From: Candidatus Latescibacterota bacterium
Lineage (GTDB): Bacteria; Latescibacterota; UBA2968; GCA-2709665
NCBI GenBank assembly: GCA_965116875.1
Contig: OZ220733.1
Coordinates: forward strand, 1,600,001-1,664,000
Direction: 5' to 3'
DNA length: 64,000 bases
Shown: piece by piece, positions 9,666 through 19,697 of the stretch
Layout of the letters: every line of letters begins with the position of its first letter
Numbering within the stretch: the stretch's first letter is position 1
Translations under genes and position numbers: made by a program
Notes under the pieces: generated by a model
Told to the model about the DNA's origin: nothing
The model's input: the letters and a program-made list of their open reading frames with translations, nothing else
The model's database searches: none

Positions 9666-9750
9666 GACCTCTCCCCCGGCCCCTTCAGATAAAGCTGTCA
9701 GCTATCAGTTTACAGCCGTCAGCTAAAAGCGGAAGGCAAGGACGAAAACC
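9666..9750 (+). repeat. Short mosaic: half-A followed by B heptamer run
   Basis: GACCTCTCCCCCGGCCCTTCAGATAAAGCTGTCAGCTATCAG. Confidence 0.75.
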
Positions 9751-10185
9751 AAATTCAAAATCCACTTCTCCCCAAATTCCCTGCCTACGGCGTGTTCCTT
9801 TTGAAGCGACCAAAAGGAACCAAAAGTCGCCGCTGGGCACGGGGCCTGCCACATGCATGGCGCGAATACCCTCACAGGACGCACCGGATTGGCTGGCCTG
9901 CCAGCCCCGGAGGACACAGTTAGTCGGAACGGGACGGAACAACGCGCCCTGCTTTGAAAGCGCTCCGGATTGGTATCGCGTCAGCCAACCGAATGCCTAT
10001 CTGAATGCGAGCGATATGATTTGGCCGGATCTATCGGCGATACATACTCCACCATGCCGGCGTGGGCCTTTCTTCGCCTGTTTGGGATAGGTTTATGTTG
10101 ACAAGTATGATGGATTGTGTGAATTTTGAGACCGTCCATGACACGGGCGGGGTCTATAGGGTTCCCCGCCACAGGGGAATCTTCA

Positions 10186-11106
10186 ATGGCGGTCTTGAAA
10201 ATCGCGCTGCCGTCGGGCAGCCTCCAGGAGTCCACGCTCGATCTGTTCGCGAACGCCGGCTATCGGATTCGCGCCAACCACAGGTCCTACATCCCGTCCA
10301 TAGACGATCCGGACCTGGAGGGCCTGTTCCTGCGCGCGCAGGAGATCGCCCATTACGTGGAGCGGGGCGTGCTGGACGTGGGCCTGACGGGCAAGGACTG
10401 GATCCTGGAAAACGACGCCGACGTCGTCGAGGTCGCGGAACTGCCGTACAGCAAGACCACCGCGCAGCCCGCCCGCTGGGTGATCGCCGTGCCGGAAGAG
10501 TCCCCGGTCCGGGTTGTGGCGGATCTTCAGGGGAAACGTATCGCAACGGAACTGGTAAACGTCACCCGGAAGTACCTGGACGCACGGGGCGTACAGGCGG
10601 ACGTGGAATTCTCCTGGGGGTCCACGGAGGCCAAGGTCCGGACGGCGGGCCCGGCGAAGCAGGCAGGTGATGCCGAGGTGTACGCGCCCGGCCTGGTGGA
10701 CGCCATTGTGGAACTCACGGAAACCGGGTCTTCGATCCGCGCCAACAAACTCCGGATTGTGGAGGACCTGCTCGAATCCACCCCGCGCTTCATCGCCAAC
10801 AGAAGCGCATGGGAGGACCCGTGGAAACGGGAGAAGGCCGGGAATATCGCCACGCTGCTGGTGGGCGCCTTCCAGGCTGAAGACAAGGTGGGCCTGAAGA
10901 TGAACGTAAGGCGGAAAGACCTGGATGCGGTCGTTGGACTGCTTCCCGCGCTGAACAACCCCACCATATCCAACCTGCTCGACGGCGACTGGGTGGCCGT
11001 GGAGGTCGTCGTTGACGAACGCGTTGTGCGCGACACCGTTCCCCTGCTGAAGAACAGGGGCGCCGAAGGCATCATTGAATATCCATTGAACAAAGTGATC
11101 TACTGA
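10186..11106 (+). CDS. hisG: ATP phosphoribosyltransferase, long form
   Basis: [34 protein letters not shown] and C-terminal regulatory domain; ATG 10186 follows an AGGGGA RBS. Confidence 0.95.
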   Translation: MAVLKIALPSGSLQESTLDLFANAGYRIRANHRSYIPSIDDPDLEGLFLRAQEIAHYVERGVLDVGLTGKDWILENDADVVEVAELPYSKTTAQPARWVIAVPEESPVRVVADLQGKRIATELVNVTRKYLDARGVQADVEFSWGSTEAKVRTAGPAKQAGDAEVYAPGLVDAIVELTETGSSIRANKLRIVEDLLESTPRFIANRSAWEDPWKREKAGNIATLLVGAFQAEDKVGLKMNVRRKDLDAVVGLLPALNNPTISNLLDGDWVAVEVVVDERVVRDTVPLLKNRGAEGIIEYPLNKVIY

Positions 11107-12401
11107 TGATTGACGTTGTCACCCACGATCCGGAGAACCCGCCCTCCAGACTCAGCGCCATTCTTTCGCGGACCACCGATTTCGAGCCGGACCTGCTGGC
11201 CTCCGCGCAGGAAATCGTCAATGCCGTGCGGGAACGCGGCGACGACGCGGTCCTGGAATACACCCGGAAACTGGACGGCGTGGATCTCACAGCGGACGGG
11301 ATGCGCGTGCCCGAGCCGGACATCCGGGCCGCGTACCGCGAAGCGGATCCCGGCCTGATCAGAACCATCAGGGCCGCGGCGGAGAACATCCGGCGGTTTC
11401 ACGGCGCCCAGAAACAGACCTCGTGGTTCATCGAAGACGGCGACGGCGTCGTGCTGGGCAGGCGGGTACTCCCCATCGAACGGGTTGGCATTCTCATTCC
11501 CGGCGCCAGCGCCCCGCTGTTCTCAACGCTGCTGATGGCCGCCATTCCCGCCCGCATCGCAGGCGTGAAGCGCCTCTGCATGGCCACGCCCCCTCGACCG
11601 GACGGCACCGTGCATCCGGTCGTACTGGCGGCCGCCCACGTCGTTGGCGTTGACGAAATCTACAGGGTATTCGGCGCGCAGGCCGTTGCCGCCCTGGCCT
11701 ACGGCACCGCGTCCATTCCGGGGGTGGACAAACTCGTGGGCCCCGGCCACCCGTCCGTGCAGATCGCAAAGAAGCTGGTCTTCGGAACCGTCGACGTCGA
11801 CATGGTCGCCGGCCCCAGCGAAATCGTCGTACTGGCCGACGGGGAGGCGAATCCCAGGCACGTCGCCGCCGACCTGCTGTCGCAGGCCGAACATGGAAGC
11901 GGCTTCGAGGCCGTGGTGTGCATCACGCCCAGCGCGGAACTCGCCGGCGAGGTCGCGGACGAAGTCGAGCGGCAGGCCGCCCGCCTGGAGCGCCGCGACG
12001 CCATCCGAAAAGCCCTGCGCAACTTCGGCGCGGTTGTGATTGTAAAGGACGTGGACGAGGGCATCCGGCTGGCCAACCGGATCGCCCCGGAACACATCGA
12101 ACTCCTGGTGCGCGACCCATGGTCCTGGCTGAACGAGGTCAGGAACGCGGGCGCGGTCTTTCTGGGCGCGGCCTCCTCCGAACCCGTGGGCGACTATTAC
12201 GCCGGCGTGAACCACATTCTGCCGACCGCCGGCGCCGCGCGATTCGCCTCGCCGGTGGGCGTGGATACCTTTCTGAAAAGCTCGAGTATCGTCTCCTACA
12301 CGGACCGCCGGTTGAAGAAAACGGCCGGCGATATTATCGCGCTGGCGGAAGCCGAGGGACTGGACGCGCACGCCAACGCCATCCGCGTCCGGCAGGAATA
12401 G
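11106..12401 (+). CDS. hisD: Histidinol dehydrogenase
   Basis: DMVAGPSE, LLSQAEH, APEH and GDYYAGVNHILPT motifs. Confidence 0.96.
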   Translation: MIDVVTHDPENPPSRLSAILSRTTDFEPDLLASAQEIVNAVRERGDDAVLEYTRKLDGVDLTADGMRVPEPDIRAAYREADPGLIRTIRAAAENIRRFHGAQKQTSWFIEDGDGVVLGRRVLPIERVGILIPGASAPLFSTLLMAAIPARIAGVKRLCMATPPRPDGTVHPVVLAAAHVVGVDEIYRVFGAQAVAALAYGTASIPGVDKLVGPGHPSVQIAKKLVFGTVDVDMVAGPSEIVVLADGEANPRHVAADLLSQAEHGSGFEAVVCITPSAELAGEVADEVERQAARLERRDAIRKALRNFGAVVIVKDVDEGIRLANRIAPEHIELLVRDPWSWLNEVRNAGAVFLGAASSEPVGDYYAGVNHILPTAGAARFASPVGVDTFLKSSSIVSYTDRRLKKTAGDIIALAEAEGLDAHANAIRVRQE

Positions 12402-12467
12402 CGCCCGCCCGCCCGCCGGACTTCGGCGACAATGCGGGCGCGGCGTTCTCATTTTGGATCGTCTCCG

Positions 12468-13556
12468 ATGATCGATCCGCCCCTGAAACGCATCCGGCCG
12501 GAAATCCGGTCCGCGGACGGGTACCACCTGACGCGCTACGACTGCCCGGTTAAGCTGAATCAGAACGAAAGCCCGTTCGACGTTCCGGACGATCTCAAGA
12601 ACGAGATTCTGGCAGACGTCCGGAAGCGGCCCTGGTTCCGCTATCCGCAGCCGATGGAGATGGACCTGGTGGAAGCCCTGGCCGACTTCGCCGGCTGGCG
12701 TCCGGATGGGCTGATCGTGTGCAACGGCTCCAACACCCTCGTACAACTCGTTCTGGCCGTCAGCACCCGCCCCGGGGCAACGGTGGTCATCCCTTCGCCC
12801 AGTTTCTCGCTGTACGGGCTCTACGCGGGCTTCTTCGGGGGTCGCGTGGTTCCCGTGGACCTCACGGCGGATTTCACCTTCGACATGCCCGGTATCCGGG
12901 AAGCCGTCCGTCGGGAATCGCCAAACACGGTCATCTTCGGTTCCCCCAACAACCCCACCGGCTGCGTCGTTTCCAATGCGGACCTGAAGGACCTGCTCGG
13001 GCAGACCGACGCGCTGGTGATGGTGGACGAAGCCTATGCGGAGTTCAGCGATGAGACGGCCCGCGACCTGATCGGGGAATATCCCAATCTCATCGTGCTG
13101 AAGACCTTTTCAAAAGCCCTCGGCGCGGCGGGTATCCGCATTGGCTATCTGATGGCGCATCCGGAAATCGCCCGGGAGGTACTCAAGGCCAAAGTGCCGT
13201 TCGACATCAACGTCTTCTCCCATTCAGCGGCGCTGCACATACTGAAACACGAGCGTCTGATCCGGGAACGCGTGGAGACGATCCGGGACGAACGCGAGCG
13301 GGTGTTCGCGGCCCTCCGGAGAATGGACGGCGTCCGCCCCCGGCCGTCGCATGCCAACTTCATCCTTTTCGAAGTGGACAACCCGGCCCGGGTCTTCAAC
13401 GGGCTCATCGAAAGGGGCATCCTCATCCGCAACGTGACCTCGTATCCTCTCCTTGAGAACGCCCTGCGCGTGAGCATCGGCAAGGCCGGGGAAAACACCC
13501 TCTTTCTGAACGCGCTCGAAGGGACGCTCAAGGATTCGCGCGTACAGCCTGAATAA
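12468..13556 (+). CDS. hisC: Histidinol-phosphate aminotransferase
   Basis: KLNQNESP, SPNNPTG, VDEAY and TFSKALG motifs; position in his operon; start approximate. Confidence 0.93.
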   Translation: MIDPPLKRIRPEIRSADGYHLTRYDCPVKLNQNESPFDVPDDLKNEILADVRKRPWFRYPQPMEMDLVEALADFAGWRPDGLIVCNGSNTLVQLVLAVSTRPGATVVIPSPSFSLYGLYAGFFGGRVVPVDLTADFTFDMPGIREAVRRESPNTVIFGSPNNPTGCVVSNADLKDLLGQTDALVMVDEAYAEFSDETARDLIGEYPNLIVLKTFSKALGAAGIRIGYLMAHPEIAREVLKAKVPFDINVFSHSAALHILKHERLIRERVETIRDERERVFAALRRMDGVRPRPSHANFILFEVDNPARVFNGLIERGILIRNVTSYPLLENALRVSIGKAGENTLFLNALEGTLKDSRVQPE

Positions 13557-13578
13557 TCCACGGAACACAAACGTACAT

Positions 13579-13622
13579 GGATGGACAGGATTGAGAACCA
13601 GGAACAGGATCAAGCAGGATAA
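13579..13622 (+). repeat. CAGGAT-type ~9-mer short repeat tract
   Basis: ACATGGATGGACAGGAT is shared exactly with 54021-54037; repeated CAGGA units. Confidence 0.6.
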
Positions 13623-13652
13623 GAAGCCAATTTCAGGAAAGGTAAATCCCCC

Positions 13653-14246
13653 ATGCCGGTCCTTCGCACCGCCCGCATACAACGCAAGACGTCGGAAACC
13701 GACGTCGACCTCATGCTGAACCTGGACGGATCGGGAGACTGCCGGCTCGAAACCGGCATCGGTTTTTTCGACCATATGCTCAACGCATTCGCCAGGCACG
13801 GAGGTTTCAACCTGGACGTGGCCTGCCGGGGCGACCTGGAGGTGGACGCGCACCACACGGTGGAAGACGTGGGCATCTGTCTGGGCAGGGCATTTTCCGA
13901 TGCGCTGGGCGACAAGGCCGGTATCACACGCTTCGGACACAGTTTCGTGCCGATGGACGAAGCCCTCGCTCGTGCGGCCGTAGACCTCTCGGGACGGCCG
14001 TACCTGGTCTACAATGCCGACCTGCCCGACGAGATGGTCGGCGCGTACCCCACGGCGATGAGCCCGGAGTTCTTCCGGTCGCTCGCGGACCACGGACGCC
14101 TGAATGCGCATATCGACCTGATTCGCGGGACAAACGCCCACCACGCCACCGAAGCAATTTTCAAGGCTGCCGGGCGGGCGTTCCGGCAGGCATGCGGGCT
14201 GGACCCCGGTGTTGTGGGGATTCCTTCCACCAAGGGCGTGCTGTAG
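13653..14246 (+). CDS. hisB: Imidazoleglycerol-phosphate dehydratase
   Basis: FFDHML, DAHHTVED, PMDEAL, NAHH..E and PSTKG motifs. Confidence 0.97.
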   Translation: MPVLRTARIQRKTSETDVDLMLNLDGSGDCRLETGIGFFDHMLNAFARHGGFNLDVACRGDLEVDAHHTVEDVGICLGRAFSDALGDKAGITRFGHSFVPMDEALARAAVDLSGRPYLVYNADLPDEMVGAYPTAMSPEFFRSLADHGRLNAHIDLIRGTNAHHATEAIFKAAGRAFRQACGLDPGVVGIPSTKGVL

Positions 14247-14330
14247 CAGTCCGTTGAGAAAGTCGCTCTGCAGGCCTGCCGGTGAAGTCCTGGCAGGCAG
14301 GTAGCCCGGATGGACTTTTTCAACGGGCTG
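14247..14330. mobile_element. 84-bp MITE with 18-bp TIRs and a 4-bp GTAG target-site duplication
   Basis: CAGTCCGTTGAGAAAGTC ... GACTTTTTCAACGGGCTG (2 mismatches); GTAG at 14243-14246 and 14331-14334; same ends as the elements at 61138 and 62711. Confidence 0.88.
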
Positions 14331-14342
14331 GTAGGGTCTGAC

Positions 14343-14873
14343 ATGACTCCCGACGACGCGCGCAACGTGAGCTCTCGATTCAGTCCCGACGCCGGTGGCG
14401 GAAAGGTCCTTACGCGGGACCAGGCCGGAGAGGTCCGGCGGCGTCTCAAACGGACCCGCGCAAGGCTGGTCTTCACCAACGGCTGCTTCGACCTGATCCA
14501 TCCCGGGCACGTGGCTTTTCTTCAGCGGGCGCGTTGTCTGGGCGACGCGCTCCTCGTGGCGATCAACAGCGACGACTCCGTCCGCCGCATCAAGGGCGAA
14601 GGCCGGCCGATACTGTCGGTTGACGAGCGGATCGGCGTGCTGTCCGGCCTGGAAGCCGTCGACTATATCTGCGTGTTCGAGGAAGACACGCCGCACGATA
14701 TCCTTCGAGACCTGCTGCCCGACGTCCTCGTAAAGGGTGGGGACTATTCGCCGGACCAGATCGTCGCCCGCGAAGTCGTGGAACGCGCGGGGGGCCGCGC
14801 CGTCACCATATCCACGGCGTTCCAGACCTCGACCACCGCCGTCATCAAACGCATCCTTACGAGTGTGAAATAA
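14343..14873 (+). CDS. Heptose-1-phosphate adenylyltransferase (RfaE/HldE domain II, stand-alone)
   Basis: VFTNGCFDLIHPGH, NSDDSV..KG.GRP, FEEDTP and LVKGGDY motifs; the track start at 14310 lies inside the MITE. Confidence 0.9.
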   Translation: MTPDDARNVSSRFSPDAGGGKVLTRDQAGEVRRRLKRTRARLVFTNGCFDLIHPGHVAFLQRARCLGDALLVAINSDDSVRRIKGEGRPILSVDERIGVLSGLEAVDYICVFEEDTPHDILRDLLPDVLVKGGDYSPDQIVAREVVERAGGRAVTISTAFQTSTTAVIKRILTSVK

Positions 14874-14918
14874 AGAAACCGATCCTCTCCCGTCTACCCT
14901 CTCACCTCTCACGGCTTT

Positions 14919-16022
14919 ATGAGAATCCTCCACACCATTTACGACGATGTGGACAACCCCTGGTGCGGAGGAGGCGGCGCGGTCCGGGCCATGGAAATCA
15001 ACCGCCGCCTCGCCCGGAAGCACGAGATCACCCTTCTGACGGGTCACTTTCCCGGCGCCGCCCGGGAGGAAGACCGCGACGGTATTCGCATCCGCAGGGT
15101 GGGGACCGGGCGGAACTACCTGTTCAGCCGCCTGAGCTTCTCGGCGCTGGCTTCGCGAGCCCTGGCGAAGCGGCCCTTCGACCTCTGGGTGTACGACTTT
15201 TCCGCATTTTCGCCCGTGTACGCGCTTCCGTCCCGGCACGCGCGGTCGGTCATGGTCTTTCACCATCCCATAGCCGCACACGCCACGCGGAAATACCCGG
15301 GGATCGGCATTCTGGCCGCCGCCGCCGAAGGCCTCCATACGCGGCTGCACCGCCGGATCATCGCCGTTTCTCCAAGTACGGCCCGTCACCTGGAGCGGCG
15401 CGCGCGTCCGAACGCACCCGTCCATACGGTTTGCAACGGCGTGAGTCATCCCGCCCTGGCAGAGCCCCGTGAAGAGGACTATATTCTCTTTTTCGGACGT
15501 CTGGACACCTACAACAAGGGCATCGATGTCCTGCTCCCGGCATTTGCCAGGCTGAAACCAACGCATCCGGACGTCCGCCTGGTCCTTGCGGGCCGGGGCA
15601 CGAAAGCGCGCCGGCGCGAACTGATGTCCGTCTCCCGCTCCCTGGGCATCTCGGACCGCGTGGAACTCACGGGGCCGGTTTCGGAAGCGAAAAAATGGAA
15701 CCTCTACGCCGGCGCGTTGTTCACCTGTCAGCCTTCCCGGTTCGAAGGGTGGGGCATCGCCGCGATCGAATCCGGCGCCGCCGGAAAAGCGGTGATCGGC
15801 ACGGAGATCCCGGGGCTCGTCGACGCCATCCGGAGGGACCGGACCGGCCTGCTCGTGCCGGCGGAGGACCCGAAAGCCCTCGCGGGCGCCATGAACCGCT
15901 TGCTCGAGAATCCCCCCCTGCGAACGGAACTCGGCAAGAACGGGAGGGCATGGGCCGCCAACTTCTCGTGGGACCGGATTGCCAGGGAGCAGGAGAAAGT
16001 GTACGTCCGGACACTCGGCTGA
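14919..16022 (+). CDS. GT4 glycosyltransferase
   Basis: GGG N-terminal loop, GRL...KG and PSRFEGWGIAAIE motifs. Confidence 0.9.
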   Translation: MRILHTIYDDVDNPWCGGGGAVRAMEINRRLARKHEITLLTGHFPGAAREEDRDGIRIRRVGTGRNYLFSRLSFSALASRALAKRPFDLWVYDFSAFSPVYALPSRHARSVMVFHHPIAAHATRKYPGIGILAAAAEGLHTRLHRRIIAVSPSTARHLERRARPNAPVHTVCNGVSHPALAEPREEDYILFFGRLDTYNKGIDVLLPAFARLKPTHPDVRLVLAGRGTKARRRELMSVSRSLGISDRVELTGPVSEAKKWNLYAGALFTCQPSRFEGWGIAAIESGAAGKAVIGTEIPGLVDAIRRDRTGLLVPAEDPKALAGAMNRLLENPPLRTELGKNGRAWAANFSWDRIAREQEKVYVRTLG

Positions 16023-16023
16023 T

Positions 16024-16047
16024 GGCAGACAGGAATGTCTGCCCTAC
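16024..16047 (-). repeat. REP family E
   Basis: Minus strand GTAG foot plus GGCAGACA-TTCC-TGTCTGCC hairpin; copies at 28401 and 28480. Confidence 0.85.
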
Positions 16048-16080
16048 CTTCACACCTGAACCTGCCAGGTTCAACCCTAT

Positions 16081-17277
16081 ATGACCACCGGATACGCAAA
16101 TGACATCTGTATTGTGGGCGGGGCCGGCCGCGTGGGTCTCCCCCTGGCGCTGACCTTCGCCGACAAGGGCTTGCGCGTTATCGTCTGCGACATCAACGAA
16201 GCCTCTCTCGAGTTGATCCGCGACGGCCGGATGCCGTTCGAGGAAAAGAACGCCGGGGAGCTGCTGGCGAATGCGCTCGCTGAAGGCCGGCTGAGCGTCT
16301 CGTCCGAAACGTCATGCGTGGCCGGCGCGGCCACGGTGATCGTGACCATCGGCACGCCCGCGGACGAACTCTCGAAGCCGATTCTCTCCACGTTCAAGAG
16401 CCTCGCGGACGACATGCTGCCGCATCTGTCCGACGATCAGCTTGTCGTACTCCGGTCCACGGTTTCCCCGGGAACTACGGACTGGCTCTACGACTACCTG
16501 CGTGCGAACGGCAGAAACCCCAAGGTCTCCTTCTGCCCCGAGCGCATCGTTCAGGGCCAGGCCGTAGAGGAAATCCCGCTGCTCACCCAGATCGTCAGCG
16601 GAACCACGGCTGAAGCCGAACGGGAAGCCGCCGCCCTCTTCAGGCGGATCTCGCCCGGGATCGTTCACCTGACGCCCATCGAAGCCGAATTCGCGAAACT
16701 GTTCAGCAATGCGTACCGGTATATCCAGTTTGCAACCGCGAACCAGTTCTATACGATTGCAAACGCCGCCGGCGTGGACTACAGCCGGGTGCTCGAAGGT
16801 ATGAAGAAAGACTACCCCCGCGCCCGGGATATCCCCTCCGCGGGATTCGCGGCGGGCCCGTGCCTGCTGAAGGATACCATGCAACTCGCCGCCTTCGCCA
16901 GCGACGGTTTCACACTGGGACGGGCGGCCATGAACGTCAACCAGGGCCTGGTGAACTACCTGGTCGAGGACATTCGCAACCGGTACGGCGACCTGCGCCG
17001 ACTCCGCATCGGCCTGCTTGGCATGGCCTTCAAGGCGGACAGCGACGACACCCGGTTTTCGCTGAGCTACAAGTTGAAGGACATCCTGGCGTTCCGGGCC
17101 CGGGAGGTGATGACCACGGACCCGTACGTGACCACGGACCCGAACCTGCTGCCCGTCCGGGAGGTCATGGAACGGAGCGACCTGCTGGTCCTGTGCGTGC
17201 CGCACACGGCGTACCGGCGTCTGGACCTCAAAGGCAAACCTGTCGTGGACGTCTGGGGGTCTCTGAACCTTGAGTAA
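16081..17277 (+). CDS. Nucleotide-sugar 6-dehydrogenase (WecC/Ugd family)
   Basis: GGAGRVGLP, RSTV.PG, CPER, AEFAKL..N, GPCLLKD and GMAFK motifs. Confidence 0.9.
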   Translation: MTTGYANDICIVGGAGRVGLPLALTFADKGLRVIVCDINEASLELIRDGRMPFEEKNAGELLANALAEGRLSVSSETSCVAGAATVIVTIGTPADELSKPILSTFKSLADDMLPHLSDDQLVVLRSTVSPGTTDWLYDYLRANGRNPKVSFCPERIVQGQAVEEIPLLTQIVSGTTAEAEREAAALFRRISPGIVHLTPIEAEFAKLFSNAYRYIQFATANQFYTIANAAGVDYSRVLEGMKKDYPRARDIPSAGFAAGPCLLKDTMQLAAFASDGFTLGRAAMNVNQGLVNYLVEDIRNRYGDLRRLRIGLLGMAFKADSDDTRFSLSYKLKDILAFRAREVMTTDPYVTTDPNLLPVREVMERSDLLVLCVPHTAYRRLDLKGKPVVDVWGSLNLE

Positions 17278-18238
17278 GCTCTACCTGGTCACGGGCGGCG
17301 CCGGATTTATCGGTTCCTCGCTGGTACGACGACTGCTTCACGACGGCCACCGGGTGCGGGTCCTGGACAATCTGTCACGAGGAAACGCCGGCCGCCTGGC
17401 GGACATAGGCGACCGGGTGGAATTCATCGAAGCGGACGTCCGGGACGCGGATGCCGTGGGAAGAGCCGCCCGGGGCGTGGAAAGCCTTTGCCACCTGGCC
17501 TCGGTGAACGGCACCGAGTGGTTCTACAGCAAGCCGGAAATCGTCCTCGACGTGGGGGTGAAGGGCGTCGTGAACACCATCGACGCCTGCCTGAAGCACG
17601 ACGTTCCCGAGTACGTCCTGGCCTCCAGTTCCGAAGTGTACCAGACTCCGCCAGCCATCCCCACGGACGAATCCGCGCCGCTCTCCGTTCCCGACCCCCT
17701 GAATCCCCGCTTTTCCTACGGCGGCAGCAAGATCATCAGCGAACTCATGGCCCTGAACTATGGCCGGAGTCACGTGGAACGCGTCCTCGTCGTCCGCCCG
17801 CACAACGTGTACGGGCCCGACATGGGGCGCGAGCACGTCATCCCCCAGCTCATCCTGCGGGCGGCCGCGCTCGCGTCCGAACACCCTCGCGGCGCGGTAC
17901 GGTTCCCAATACAGGGCGACGGCTCGCAGACCCGGGCCTTCATGCATATCGACGATTTTACCGACGGGCTCGCTACCGTCCTGGAACGAGGCGCGCACCT
18001 GAATATCTACCACGTCGGCAATGATGAGGAAGTCACCATCCGGCGCCTCGCCGAACTGATCTTCAACCACGTCGGCAGGGACTTCGAACTCGTCCCCAAA
18101 GCGTTGACAGCCGGCAGCCCCGCAAGAAGGCGCCCCTGTATCGACAAACTCAGGGCCCTCGGCTTCCGCCCGCGCGTCTCGCTCCGTGACGGCCTGGACG
18201 GCACGATCGGCTGGTACCTGGACAACCACCGCGATTGA
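17270..18238 (+). CDS. NAD-dependent epimerase/dehydratase (extended SDR)
   Basis: TGGAGFIG, ASSSEVY, YGGSK and NVYGP motifs. Confidence 0.9.
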   Translation: MSKLYLVTGGAGFIGSSLVRRLLHDGHRVRVLDNLSRGNAGRLADIGDRVEFIEADVRDADAVGRAARGVESLCHLASVNGTEWFYSKPEIVLDVGVKGVVNTIDACLKHDVPEYVLASSSEVYQTPPAIPTDESAPLSVPDPLNPRFSYGGSKIISELMALNYGRSHVERVLVVRPHNVYGPDMGREHVIPQLILRAAALASEHPRGAVRFPIQGDGSQTRAFMHIDDFTDGLATVLERGAHLNIYHVGNDEEVTIRRLAELIFNHVGRDFELVPKALTAGSPARRRPCIDKLRALGFRPRVSLRDGLDGTIGWYLDNHRD

Positions 18239-18253
18239 GCAGGAGGATCACGC

Positions 18254-19504
18254 GTGCCGCACGCAGCCTCCCGAAACGTCACACGCTGCCAGATCAGCCA
18301 ATCCGCGAATCTTCAGTCCGTTCTCTTCCTGGGCTACGTGCCTCCGGTGAACGACATGCAACCGGTGGGCGCAGAACCCGTCGATCGCCCGATGTATCCC
18401 CTTGAGCTGCTCTACTGCCCGGACTCACACCTGGTGCAGATCGGCTGCCAGGTGGAACCGGAAATCCTGTTCCCGCCGGAATATCCCTACACCAGCGGCA
18501 CCACGCGCATTCTCCGCGAGAACTTCGCGGATCTGTTCGAACGGTGCAGGGACCGGCTGGGGGTCGACGGCTCCTGGTTCGTGATCGACGTCGGCTCCAA
18601 CGACGGCACGCTGCTGGCCAATTTCAAGGCCGGGGGCTGCCGGATCCTGGGCATCGACCCCACGGACAGGGCACGGCTTGCAAACGAGAGGGACATCCAC
18701 AGCCTCCAGGCTTTTTTCTCACGGGAGACCGCGAGGACGGTTGCCGCGGAATACGGCCCGGCCGGCCTTGTGACCGCAACCAACGTTTTCGCGCACATGC
18801 CCGACGTCGACGAGGTCGTGGCCGGGATCCTGGACATCCTGGATGAAAACGGGGTTTTCGTCTCCGAGTCCCACTACCTGCTGGACCTGATCGGGACGCT
18901 GCAGTACGACACCGTCTACCACGAACACCTCAGGTACTATTCCCTGCACAGCCTGAAATTCCTCCTGGAAAAGCACGGGATGGAGATCTTCCACGTGGAA
19001 CGCATCCCCACGCACGGGGGCTCCATCCGTGTCTTTGCCGCCCGCACGGGAAGATATCCGGTGGATCCTTCCGTTTCGAACCTGTTGAAAGAGGAACGGC
19101 GTGCCGGACTGCTCGACCCGGAAACCTACCGCAGCTTCGCCGCGGACGTTCTGCAGAGCAAACTCGACCTCCTGGACCTGCTGCGAGACGTCAAGGCCCG
19201 CGGCGGTCGCATCTACGGTATCGGCGCGCCCTCCCGCGCCAGCACCCTGATTGCCTATACCGGACTGGATCGCGAGACGATCGACTGCGTTGTTGAAATC
19301 CGGGGTTCGTACAAAATCGGCAAATTCATGCCGGGCACCCGCATCCCCGTTCTCGAAGAGTCCGCACTGTTCAGCGACCAGCCCGAATACGCGCTGCTCT
19401 TCTCCTGGCATATCGCCGGGGAACTCCTGCCCAGACTCACGGGCAAGGGGTTCAAGGGGAAATACATCGTCCCGCTTCCGTCACCCCGTATCGTGGCAGG
19501 ATAG
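18254..19504 (+). CDS. NDP-sugar C-methyltransferase
   Basis: YPYTSG, DVGSNDG, TNVFAH, YDTVYHEH, THGGSIR, GAP and SWHI motifs of the deoxysugar C-methyltransferase family. Confidence 0.85.
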   Translation: MPHAASRNVTRCQISQSANLQSVLFLGYVPPVNDMQPVGAEPVDRPMYPLELLYCPDSHLVQIGCQVEPEILFPPEYPYTSGTTRILRENFADLFERCRDRLGVDGSWFVIDVGSNDGTLLANFKAGGCRILGIDPTDRARLANERDIHSLQAFFSRETARTVAAEYGPAGLVTATNVFAHMPDVDEVVAGILDILDENGVFVSESHYLLDLIGTLQYDTVYHEHLRYYSLHSLKFLLEKHGMEIFHVERIPTHGGSIRVFAARTGRYPVDPSVSNLLKEERRAGLLDPETYRSFAADVLQSKLDLLDLLRDVKARGGRIYGIGAPSRASTLIAYTGLDRETIDCVVEIRGSYKIGKFMPGTRIPVLEESALFSDQPEYALLFSWHIAGELLPRLTGKGFKGKYIVPLPSPRIVAG

Positions 19505-19697
19505 CTGACCGCACAAAGGTTCATGCGATTCGAAAGCCTAACCTCAATTCGAAGAAAGACAACAGTCAATTTGCCACAAAAAGCACAAAAGGCACAGAAG
19601 GGGATGGTGCGAAAACGGGGTATTGAGGCCTCTGTTCTTCTGTATAATTTCGACATTCAGGTCCCCGAACAACTGCGAATCAGGTTTAAATCCGACC

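Noticed and set aside
9950-10185. Histidine attenuator leader peptide
   Set aside because: No short ORF with a run of His codons and no terminator/antiterminator pair visible
13224-15566. Long antisense ORFs (also 19686-21605, 31150-33030, 7135-8457, 58085-59620)
   Set aside because: Shadow frames of well-supported genes in GC-rich DNA, with no recognisable motifs
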